From Takakia lepidozioides (Eukaryota; Plantae; Bryophyta), in NCBI GenBank assembly GCA_030704615.1, contig CM060733.1, positions 31,372,001 to 31,436,000 on the forward strand: a stretch of 64,000 bases of DNA. Direction: 5' to 3'. The translations under genes and the position numbers were made by a program. This document shows, piece by piece, positions 25,618 through 37,124 of this stretch (within the stretch, counting starts at the first letter, position 1; each line of letters starts with the position of its first letter). Under the pieces are notes generated by a model that was not told the origin of the DNA, did not search any database, and saw only the letters and a program-made list of their open reading frames with translations.

Positions 25618-27059
25618 CTGTGGAATAACAGAAGAGTTCATTATTAATTTCAATTTCAGTAATCCCAAAGTAGAAAAACGGAAAAATGGAATTGAAAGCA
25701 TTACCGTTTTTTGGGGGGGCTGCTGAGATCCTTGGGCAGGCTGTTCCTCCTCTTTCCCATCTCTACGGGAAACGATATCCTCCATCTCTGTGGCACCAGA
25801 TGGCAACCTCGACTGTCCAGTGGAGGTTACTTGTAGAACCTGATCAGATAGTGCGACAGTGATTGTCCGATCCACTCTTCTCTTCACCGTCTCAGTCTCG
25901 TTGGAGTCGGTCCGTGTGTGTTTGATCTCCTCAGACGTCATCTCACGAATCTACAGAAAATTAAGGAATTTCACGGATGAGGAGTATGGTGGTCAAAATG
26001 ATCCGACAAAATTACCGAATTGAGCAATACCGAAGATGAGTCTCAAAGACCAATAATAAAAATAATAAGAATAAAGCCAATGTTGTACCCAAATCGGGAT
26101 CTGTTGTTGGATTACACGCTTGTGATGCTCCGTCTCTTCTACTGCCCCGCGAGTAGGAGGATTCTCCGACTCAATCCCTGCAGATGGCAACGTCGCCTGG
26201 ACAGTGGAGGTTACTTGCGGAACCGTCTCAGCTAACCTGGCCCTCACTGTCAGATCCACGTGTCTCTTCACCATTTGAGTCTCCTTTGAGCTTTTTCGTG
26301 TGTGTGTCTTTTTCTCCGAATGGGATTCTTGGATCTACAAGAAAAATATCGAAACAGTTAGTGGTTGTCCACAAAGATGTGCGAACGAAAATATGTATCC
26401 GGGTGGAAATATGTTTTATTCGAAAGTCCAGAACAAAGGAAATGGAAAAAAACATTCGGATTATTCCACTCACAAGTATGTATAATTACAATATTGTCAT
26501 ATTGTATTCAGAAGTGTGTACGAATAAAAATTCACTAATTGTCATTCGTTACCTACATTCAGAACCACTTCCTGGGTGACATTATGGGACACCACCTCAC
26601 GAGGATTGTTAACGGGATCCGGTGACATAATCAATGGCTCGTCACCTTCCACAGGTATGAACCCTTGACCGAAGGTTTCAACTAACTCCGTCGATGTCAC
26701 TTCTTGGCACCCTGGAAAAGCCGGATTTTGATTCGTGGTGTTATCGGAACTAGAGGAAGAGCTATCCAGATTGTGTACACTTTGTGGCGCAACGCGTTCT
26801 TGGGTATTTTGAGTACTACCTAGTTTATCCAACCGGGAAATTTCCTGGCCCTCTCTTTCCCTTTCCCACATGAGTCGCATCTGCCGCTGGTCTTCGGTGA
26901 CGATTTCCATGTTCTCATCTTCGTCTTCATGTTCTCCTCCTTGTTGTCCTGTTCTTGTTTCTCCTCCATTTCCTCGTCCCGATCCTTGTCGTGTCCTTCG
27001 TCATCCTCTTTGTCCACTTTGTCATCCTGCAGTGAGTCTCCGTCATCTCCGTCTCCTGC

Positions 27060-28190
27060 GATAGTTTGATTATCAATCTGGAGCGTCTTGAAATAAGCCT
27101 CTACCTTGCTTCTACAAAATTTCTTTTTCGTTACATAGTTTATGTCAAGCACACGAATATTTATTTCCTGCAATGAAACCAAACAGTGAAATCAAATAAA
27201 TCCGACGAACTGCAATCATCGAAAAAGTGAAAGGGGTAGGCTTTCTTTTGAGACAACTAGCAAACACACCAAACTCCCGAATAACAAACACCCAAAACAC
27301 CCAGAACTCCAATAACATGAACCTCCACTGTCCAGTGGTGGTTAACAATAGAAAAAAACAGACACTGGTTAAACACCTTATTCCGACAACGTAGAAAAAA
27401 TATGAGAGTTAAATCCAGAAAACTGCAAACACAAACAATTCCAAAACGAAGCAGAATCCACTTACAAGCAGAACGTATGACATTGCCACTCCACCGAAAA
27501 CATTCACACAAGACATCCCATCCCTGCAAAAAAGGGAGACCAGGTAATCGTAGGTGTCTGCCCTCAGCTCATGAGTGTAAGTCCTGCACCCCTTCTCCTG
27601 CGAGGTCGGGTCTACATCTGATCCTTGGATAACGGGATTAATTGGGTCCGGCGTTAATAAAACAGTTTGAATGTGATCAACCGGATTCACCATCTCCTCA
27701 GCTGTTGCCGGAAATACGTAGTCGAGGCAGAGGACCGTCCAGGAGAATATAGTCGTGCAACTCTTGTAAGGTGATTCAAACTCTTTGGGAATGTAATAAA
27801 CAACTTTGATCCAGGGCCATTCCGGATGTATGACACAAGATTTCCCGATGATTCTTGTGTCGAGAAAAACACAAAAGCACTGGACATGAGCTTCCGAGCC
27901 ACAAAAGCATCCAGAATATTGGAGTAGTCCTTTGTCTCGAAGATAACAGAGTCATCATCACAAACTGTATTGACGAACACCATCGATATGTTGTCGAACA
28001 GTTTCTTCGGTGCAAGTCCCAACCGTGATCTTGCATCCACAAATTTTTGGTCTCTCCCAAGCTGTGTGTAATGGGACCTGAAGCTCGTACGTAGAATCGT
28101 AAGGGCATTCTGGTTATCCTCAAAGGTCTGCTTGCATGACAAGACATACTTCTTGAAGGCAGCAGTCATTGGCTGCGTCTCCATATTCAT
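27060..28190 (-). pseudogene. Degenerate beta-class N6A/N4C DNA-methyltransferase-like domain, spliced
   Basis: YTHELRADTYDYLVSLFCRDGMSCVNVFGGVAMSYVLL, then a phase-0 GT-AG intron (27465-27168), then EINIRVLDIN. This parallels hptqKP..l.eyLi..ft.eGd.VlDpF.GsG...a...r.fiG.Ei. No DPPY/SPPY motif is visible. Confidence 0.5.
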
Positions 28191-28201
28191 CTTCTGTTTG
28201 C

Positions 28202-30377
28202 TTACAATATAGTCGTTTCTGAGCCGATCTCCAAAAGTCTCAAACTCAGATTTGTTGAAGTTGTATTTTTTTTCACATCACGCCACTCTTGTTTGGTATA
28301 CGGTTCCGGGTTCTGTTTGCTCCTCCGAGGCCACCCTAAGACTTCCATTACATCGTCGATAATAAACCGTCGCAATTTCATTTGGTCAATATACGCGCTC
28401 ATAGTATTTTTGGATTTGTCCGCGCCCTTGAATTTCGTTCCCCAAATGCAAATGTCCCTGTTGAGGATTTTCTCCGCCACTCTTTTCAACTGTCTTCTAT
28501 TAAGTCCTTGCAGTTTCGCGATAGCGGTTTTATTCAGCGGTAGCTGTTCACCCTTGCACTGAATCCCAAAAATATCAATAAGCTTTCTTTGTTCCCACAG
28601 TTTGAACACTTCCTCCCACAGGTTCCATATGTCTACGTCACAGAGAACGAGAACCATGGCCTCCTTCATGCTACTCATCTCCAGTATGAGTTGACTTGCT
28701 TGCATGAATTCCTGCGAAAATGATCAGGGCCAAAATTAGACATTTCATTCGATATTTCATATTTGATTTTTGAGATGAAACAAAAGTCACAACTATCATG
28801 TCAATTATACTATACTCCAAATGATGATTCGATTTCCAATTCCTCTCCTTCCATCTTGTTGTGCCTTGTAATTTGAATCTCTTTCTGTAGTGTCTCCTGC
28901 TTCGGAATGCGGTGCTCCTCCAAGTCAAATTTGTCCAATATTTTGGTCTCTAGCAAAAGGAACAAAAGATACAATGAATCATTTACCTTCCATTGTCTAG
29001 TCTCCGACTTCGTTGTGTGATCGTTGTACTTTTTCGGCCTCCCCCTCAGCTCGAAGAAATTTTGCGCATGTGCAACTTTCTCGGGAAATGTTGTGTCAAA
29101 TTTCTGTGCTTTATTCAGGTCGTTTAGGAGCTTAGATAGCTTCACGAGCCTCGTCAGATCCTTTGACCATATAATCTTTGAGGGCCAGTCAGTGTAGTAC
29201 TTCTTAAGATTGTCGTCGTCCACATCTTGCACAAGTTCCTGCGACGGAATTGAATAAGGTCATAAATGATATCGACCTAACAAGCATGTTGTTTAAAGTT
29301 CATGAACTTCCACTGTCCAGTGGAGGTTCATGTTGTTACAAAAATTGGATTTTGTGGAGAAATTTACCTTGGCAACAATGATCGTGTGTTGTCCACCGAT
29401 GACGAAGAATCTGGACTTTTCCACCTCCTTCCAGTTTCGAGGTTTTGAACTAGAAATCTTCATAGGCTTTTCGGGGTTTGCTGGAATCAAATAAACTGGA
29501 TGTTTGGAGTCGAACACCCGGAGCTGGTAAAGACGTGCTTTGACTTCGTCTTTGTGCTTAACATTTAGGGGCCTGTACACCATATTGTTGGGAGCAAACT
29601 CTATCATGGAAACTTTGACGTCATGGGTCACCTCAAACCCAAAAGGAAACATGTACTTGTAGTCTTGCTCCTCACACTTCTCTTTGTCGAAGATGTCTGC
29701 AGCCTTGGGTTTCTTGTGATCTGTCATGAAAGCGGGATCCATCTCCTCCTTTTGTTTCTTCTTTCCCCCTGATGTTCCAGCTTCATTCTCATCACCACCG
29801 GCATCAGTGGATTTCCGTTTCCCTTCCTTGACCGCGCTATCGCAGCCTCCTCCTCCCGCGTCTTTGCAATCTCCTTACCCTTTAAGTAAAGCACATCCAA
29901 GAAAATACCCCAAGCCATGCAAAAACCTTCATCTGTAAATTGAGTACCATCGTCGCAATATGTGAACCCCGCCCGAATGGACTCTCTCATCATGGCCTTC
30001 CTTAGAATTCGTACCTCCAGTTTGAAGCCAAACGTTATGGGAAATCTACCATCTTCCATCATGAAAATTACCAGCATCGGAATTTCCACCTCCACCTCCA
30101 GCTGTACGTCGACCACATCTGCATATTTGAGCTCGGCGACCTCTGCACCAATCTTGTAGTGGAACCGGAACTTATGGTCCGGAGGTGTTCCAACGGGGAC
30201 AATTCCCCATTCTGTAATTTCCAGGTTGAGCTCAAAAATTGCCAGATGATCATTCTTGAAATTCGGAGATTTTCGAGAAACAAATGAACCACAGATAGGT
30301 TTGTACATTCCAACAATACAATCCCTGGGGGTGATGTTGATGTCCACAGAACAAACCACCTCTGTCGTCAGACACAT
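28202..30377 (-). pseudogene. Spliced gene region with a ParB/sulfiredoxin-like N-terminal domain and a helical region
   Basis: YRPLNVKHKDEVKARL...HPVYLIP...FFVIGGQHTIIVAK resembles ParB-N (R...v..l...Pi.v...iidGqHR). GT-AG introns at ~29368-29239 and ~28986-28712 join the ORF pieces in frame. Confidence 0.5.
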
Positions 30378-30659
30378 ATCATAACAACCATACTCCTAGG
30401 ACATTAACCTCCACTGTCCAGTGGAGGTTCACCACTTCACACGCTCATAGATGTCAGATAAAAGAATTCAAAACAAGAGGAGAAAAAGATTTCACTCATA
30501 AGAAGAAAAAAACATTTATTCAGAGAAGGCTCGTCTCGCCATTCCATACATCATGCGGTCTCAAAATTGTTCGAATAACGAATACCTAATATCTACAAGA
30601 ACTCGATATATTCTTGTAAGATGAGGTTCATCCCTTAATTTTTCTTATATCTACAATAA

Positions 30660-31258
30660 CTATAGGAGGCTCTCTCGAATCATCCTAAGGGTTTCAGGGG
30701 AGTACTCTCTAGGGGTATATGTTGGAGAATCTCCAGAGATGAATTCTGGAGAATCTTCAGGGACGTACTGAGGAGAATCTGCAGGGACATATTCTAGAGA
30801 ATCAGCGACGACATATTTTGGAGGAATTACAAGGACAGATACTGGATACTGCGGAGAGTCAAGACTGTAGCCGGGAGAGGACGGAAGGACGGATCCCGGG
30901 GACTGTTCACTATCTCCTACAGAAATGTGATTATCTGAATCAGACTGAAGATCGCATCTTTCTCTTCCTCGGTTCCCTCCGTTGTCTCCCGTCGAATAAC
31001 TCCCTCGAACATTGATTCGTCAGTGCCCTGATTTATGAAGGTTCGCACGTCAGAGCCCACATCTAGAATTTGATTCTCAGATCTCTTCTTGAAGGTTTTT
31101 GGTTTCGACAAAACCAGTAATGCGTCTTGGTTTTCTACTTCGTTGATGTTTACTGGATTTTGTCTCCTTGGCCTCTTACAGATGTCGACGATGGTCTCAG
31201 AACCATCTTTGGCCACCATGTGCACTCCTACGCACCTTCTTTTATACTGACAGAACAA
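30660..31258 (-). pseudogene. Frameshifted small ORF ending in Tyr/Ser-Pro repeats (24-nt period)
   Basis: Manual translation of 30959-30660: ...SPGSVLPSSPGYSLDSPQYPVS...KYVVADSLEYVPADSPQYVPEDSPEFISGDSPTYTPREYSPETLRMIRESLL*. This frame is not in the ORF track. Confidence 0.55.
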
Positions 31259-34200
31259 AAAATCAACGCAGGGGAGGCACCGATATAAGTCTATCTCAAT
31301 ACATCCTTATGTTGTGCCTTGGCATAGTAACACGCAGGAACCTCCATTGGGTAGGTGAGGTTCGTGTGGTTTGTCCTGCCGGAGTTTATGGAGGTCTACT
31401 AGAGGTCTAGTGGTCTATGGAGACTAGTCTACTAGAGTAGCCTAGGCCTGAAGAAAAACCCGTTTTCAAATATCGGAATTTCGAAAAACCAATCGCACAA
31501 AACCATGATCCTAACCCGCCATAACCCTAATCCATAACCCTAATAATCCAGCAGCACCATTAAACCAGGACCACAAACCACCCATACCAACCACCCTTAC
31601 AAACTACCATACAAACCACCAGCAGAGAAGCAGCACTGAATTGAAACACCTAAACAGCTTTAATCACATTTCGTGAGTGTGTTGTCTTGTCTAATGCGGA
31701 GCATCTCATTTCAATTCATTGGTTCCAAAGCTGTTTCAATTAGTTGACATGCAATAAACAAATGGTGCTCTATAACCTCTGGGTGAGGAAAGAGAATCAA
31801 ACCAACAACGACGTGGGCGATGCTGACCAACAAAACCAACAGCAAAACAAAAACAATAACAAATCAACAAACAGATCAACAAGCACAGGAACAAACTGAA
31901 ATAGCATAACAACAACAACAGCAAACCAGCATAACAAAACAAGCCAGAGCGAGCCAGAGAGAATCACATCAAATCAGATAGAAACTGTAAACAAGAACAT
32001 TACATGCTGGATGCCTAAGCCATTTCGGTGCCTCTGTTGCTGACCTGAAACGCCTGACCCTTAAGCTTCCACCTCTCTCCCCTCCGCTCTGCTTCCCTCC
32101 CGTCTCCTGTCTGCACTTGAATCCGATGTCTGCTTGCTTCTTCCACTGCACTATCACGCTACACTGAACTGCACGCTCTTTTCTCTCTGCTCTCTCGGCA
32201 CCCTGCACAACACGCTCTCTGCTCTTCACATTCTCCCTTCTTCAAAACTTTTTTTTTTCTAGCGCTAGTCTCTCTTGCACTGCCTGTGGTGTAGCAATTG
32301 TTTGCTTCTGTAGAATCGTCGTGCTCTTCACTTGGAGATCCTCCATCTCTCTAATTTTCTTCATCCCGGACAAACAAGAAGGCCTTGTTTGGAATAACCG
32401 CAGGAAAGCTTGTAAAGCGTAGAGCATGAAAGTGTGGTTAGCACAGAATGGTACAGGCAAGTGAGTGTAAGCCTGCGGGGCTTGCAAATAGTGAATGAGA
32501 GAGAGAGTACTTTCGACCTGTCCTTCTTTGCGCCACTGCGTAAGTAGTAGAGCTAGTGTATAGTCCGTGATATCCGCCATAGCTACAAAGCTATAGCTTT
32601 GATTGCCTCTCCCGTCGAGACACTAGTTAACTGAAGGTGGAGGGGTTATTATGCAAAGAGTGGTCTTTGCATCATCGAGAATTGATGATCCAGTTCATCA
32701 AGAACATTGAGCCATGGACAGGATTTACCCAGGTGAAGGGTGTAGATATACAAGTTACTCCACAGTACTTGCAACAGCTTTTTGAATTACCATCTGGTAA
32801 TGTGAGCGTGGATGAGCACCGGGCAAGATTGCAAGTAAAGGATCTTTTCCAAGAAATGAGTTTCTTCAGGAACCAGGGATTCACTTGCACCAAGGCTGAG
32901 TATCCATGATTGAGGAAAATTGGCCAGATACTGAACATTTTGTTTGCCATGAAACAAAACCAACAGTATCTTAGCAGATCTTTCATGGAGGAGGTACTGA
33001 AAGCTTTGAGAAGAGAGGATGCAGCTTGGGCGGAGATGATGTAAAGTGGTTTGGTGGAGGAGATGAAACGGTTACAGAATACTACTACCAAGTCTCCAAT
33101 CGTTGTGTCTGGCCCAATTATTGCACAGATTATCTTTTATTCTTGTTTGCTTGATGCGTGAGAACGCAAAGTAATGGGGGTATTTGAGGTAGCCACAACT
33201 AGTTGAGGAGCAAGGCTCTTCACAAGGTGAAGGGGGATTGGAGAGGCAGCACCAATCCAAGAGACAGAAGAGGGACGCAACTGTAGTGGCGGATCCACTA
33301 GCCACAATGAATCCTCAAGATGATGTTTCCATAGTTCCTGCACAGGATGAGGTGCAGTAGCACAATGGGCTGTTATTACTGGAAGCACGGCCATTAGAGA
33401 GGGAGGAAGAAGTCACCTCAGTACCACGGCCAGCACAGCCAGCTGATCAGGTTGTCCCAATGGTAACTCAGACCGGACATGTTGTTACAACCGAGCCTCT
33501 TCCTGTGGAGAGAGAGGGGTTGGACATCCCCACTATAGAGCAAGTAGTGGCAGAAATTGAGAAGGGTGACCTTCTCTATGAAAACTCTGGCATGGTCGGA
33601 GAACCAATAGTACCAAAGACGCAGAGCCTGCCCAAGGAAATCCCTGTTGTGCAGGTTATGCCCAAACCTGTGGCGGAGGTTAAAGGGGTAAAGCACAAGG
33701 GTACTACAGCACTTGTGGAGGATGAGGTGGCTCAGGAAGAAGATCTTGTGGGATCATGGCCTGACTGGTCTGTGAAACATCAAACTGTGGAGAATCAGGA
33801 AGAACAACAGCAAGTTCTCCATGAAGACCCACAGCAGGCCATGCTTATGAGTTCCATAAGCAGGACTCTTAACCTATTGGGCACCTATGTCAAGACTCGT
33901 GTTCCTTCCACACAATTGGCAGCATTGCGGGAGGAGCTCAAGCAAGAGTTTGAGGCAAGAATTGCCACTGAGTGTGCAAACAAGGTGGATGTGGAGGCCG
34001 ACCTCAAGTTGCAGAAAAGAGTTGGAGGATACTAAATCTTCTGCCCTACAGCTTGCGAAGGAAAATTTGATTGAAGCATGTCTGGAGCAGGAAAAGTTGC
34101 ATGAAGTACATAAGTAACAGCTATACCAGTTGCAGGTTAAGCACGAAAGCAAGTTGCAGGAAGTGAAGTTGCTTCATACAGAATTGGAAGCAGTCCATCA

Positions 34201-36106
34201 GAGAATGACCATACAGTGTGCCACACTGACGATTAATCTGGAGCTGATTGCACTAGAAGTGAAGAACCAAGCTGAGAGATGTTTAATGGCGGAGACAGAG
34301 TCAGTGGAGCAGGGGAAACTCATTGTTGACATGAAGGCTACTATCTGTTGCAATGAGGATACCTTTCAATAGTACCGTCAGGTCGATGCCTAGAATGATA
34401 TGTACATCTTTGAATTGCAGCAAACAACCACATTACGGGAGAATGGGCTTTCCGTGACTGACAAGGCCTGGAAAGAAGCCAATAATCTGTCTGCTGCCTA
34501 TACAGCTCTGGTTGAACCTCATGCGAAGCGCATGGAGAGTTTATAGCAGCAGTTGGAAACATATAGACTCAAGGAGGAGCAGGATCTCCGTGGTGCTACA
34601 CAAGACTTGGTGAATAATCATCTTTTGCAAGAGTGGTTAACACAAGGGCCAGTAGAAGGGAAAACACCAAGAAAGCTCACCCAAGATGAGATGAATGATC
34701 TCAGGCTACGGGTGCAGAACATTGCCTCAACCACTATAGACAATGTCTATAGTCGGATAGCTGAGTTACAGGAGGATGTAGAAGGGCTGCAGACTCAACT
34801 GGATGACTTGAGCTCCAACATTGTCAAAAGGGCCTTTGTTCCTGAGGAACAGCTCGTGGCTACTTATTTGCACGCAGGGACTCTGATTTTCCAATCTTCA
34901 GCACAGGAGGTGCAGGACTTGCCAACATCAGGAGGGATAGTAGCACCAATATCACAGCAACCACACCAGGTCGACAGTGTTGATACCATGGCACTGCAAC
35001 AATCTGAGGTTTGGGGTGATGCTTGTTTTAGCCCACCTACTACTCCTGCTGCACTTGAATACAATCGGGCTATGATTCTGCCCTTCAACCAAATTCCCAT
35101 TGTTATGGATTTGGGTTGGAAAGAATTCAGTCCTCCAGAGTATTTGGCACACTATTACCAGATCATGCGCATTTTTGGTTGCCAGTGGCAACTCGGACTA
35201 AGGTTCTTCCAACTGACCGACCCATTGAAGATCACCATTTTACACGGTACTGGTCTGAAGCAGGCACCATGCTGAAGGAATTAATTGTCTTCCAGATTGT
35301 TCATGGATACATCTACACCAAGACCAAGGAGGTACCTAGTTTGGTCATGGGTTGTGGACTGTATTATGTTGCTTGTTTTATTTCACTCTATCACATTGAG
35401 CAGCAAAAGATGCAGATGAGATTTCAGACTTATTCCAATGGGGATCATTGGGTGTTACCTTTAGTTCCATCACATACATGTTTGTATGATGTAAGGATCA
35501 TGCTTCAGAAGGATCCCCAACTTTGTTCTTGGCTTACTTTTGCTCTGGAGAACTTGGCCAGGGAGAACTTGGGTCTTGACCACATTTTTCCTAAGGGGCA
35601 TGAAGCCAGAAAGTGGTTACACTTTTCCAATGTCATTGGCACACCACTTACCTATACAGATGATGAGCTGCGGGCATACACTAATCTTGCTCGAAAGCGG
35701 TTGAGACAAGTTTTAAAGTTTAAGCTTCCAGACATGGTGGGCACACACTGTATGCCGCGCAAGATTCCTGAGAAGCCACATAAGGTCAGGGCACCAAAAG
35801 GCCACCGGGGGGAAGATGATTCTGACACTACTGGTTCTATGGAGGAACCTTTTGACATGGCTGAGGATTATGCAATACAAATGGCGGAGAAGAAACGACG
35901 GGGATCTCCTATGCCTGAAAAGTTGCCTCCTTATCAGCCAAAGGAAGGCCAGTCCGCTCCAATCTAGTTGACAACCATCCCCACCAACCACCGACAGGGC
36001 TCGGGCTCACACACAGAGCCCTCCGAGGGTCTCTCACCGGCAGAAGGGTGTTCATTCACAGAGGTTTGCTGATCCTAAGTAGTAATCCGTGAGGACACGG
36101 CTTTTT

Positions 36107-36120
36107 GAGAGGGGGAGGGA
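36107..36120 (+). promoter_or_regulatory. Polypurine tract
   Basis: gagagggggaggga, 3 nt before the LTR start TGTTAG. Confidence 0.8.
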
Positions 36121-36123
36121 TAT

Positions 36124-37124
36124 TGTTAGAGGGCTGTCTGGGACTTAGACAGTTTTACGGGTTCTGTGGGGTACCCTTACTTTTGCGCAGACTTACAGAT
36201 GGTAGATTTAGACCAACAGAGGCCTTAGGGGTGACAAACATAGGCCTTAGGGGTGGTAGACAGGTTTACACAGTCAGTCACAGCCTTACACAGTTAGACA
36301 CAGCTTTACACAGCCTAACACAGTCAGTCACAACCTGACACAGCCTACCACAGTCAGACATAACCTAACACAGTCTGACACAGCCAGACATAGCCTCACA
36401 CAGCCAATCACAGCCGACACAGTCACAGCCCGACACAGCTTCACACAGCCAGTCACAACCCGACACAACTTGGTACAACCCGACACAACGTTCACAGGGA
36501 ACGGTTATCATTGGCAGGGAATGACATCTGCAGAGGGAACGGGTGATCTGTCTTGGATGACAGTTAGTTAGTTAGGCGGTTAGAACAACTTGCAGGTAGA
36601 ATAGGCAGAGTAGAAACATGGAGAGGGTCACTTCTTGCATCACTTCTGAGACGTTACTGGAGGAGATCTGGCAGAGAGCACGATCTGGGAGCACAGGGAT
36701 GGAGATTACACAGAGGAGGAGATACGACGGGATGATGCTTGATTCATGCAAGCTGTAGAGATGCACGGTAGAGCAGATTAGAGACACCATGGCTTCAGCC
36801 TGATACTTGATAGTATATTAATCGGAAACATATTTTATATTCACATTGTGTAGAGAGACCTGAGTGAAGTTGTGGAATGAATGCTTGAGTAGATGGAACA
36901 TGGTGGATTGCAGAAGCAATCTGATACTTAATCATAGACAGTAAGGTAACTTGCTAACATGAATGCGAGAATGAATACAAATAGGAAGCACCCCCATGAT
37001 ACACTAGCTGTAGGTCATGACTGATTGTTCTGAGCGGGCTGAGTGCTTAGAGATTTCCAACTCTTCTATCTTGGAGTTCCCACCTCGGATAGCAAAAGGA
37101 TGGGTGAGTAAAAGCCGCTCGACA
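36124..37124 (+). repeat. LTR (3' LTR), ~1.0 kb
   Basis: TGTTAGAGG...AAAAGCCGCTCGACA. Similarity to the other copies stops exactly at CGACA. Confidence 0.88.

Larger units (their letters stand above)
22938..31363. repeat. Dispersed palindrome family, consensus GAACCTCCACTG-TC-CAGTGGAGGTTC, 9 copies
   Basis: Copies at 22938-22962, 23734-23762, 24771-24796, 25805-25828, 26189-26212, 27319-27343, 29301-29332, 30406-30429 (perfect 11-bp arms) and 31338-31363 (degenerate). Confidence 0.85.
32276..37124 (+). mobile_element. 3' half of a Ty3/gypsy element: post-pol extra ORF, PPT and 3' LTR
   Basis: ORF pieces 32637-35967 are homologous to 51204-52520 (e.g. YLQQLFELPSG, AMKQNQQYLSRSF, EQVVAEIEKGDLLYE, DPQQAMLMSSISRT). 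Confidence 0.85.

Noticed and set aside
22938-31363. Palindromic repeats as a CRISPR array
   Set aside because: Spacing is 0.4-2 kb and irregular, orientation is mixed, there are no cas genes, and the context is eukaryotic and intronic.
31505-31545. aaccctaa motifs as interstitial telomere
   Set aside because: Only isolated telo-box-like copies, not tandem TTTAGGG.
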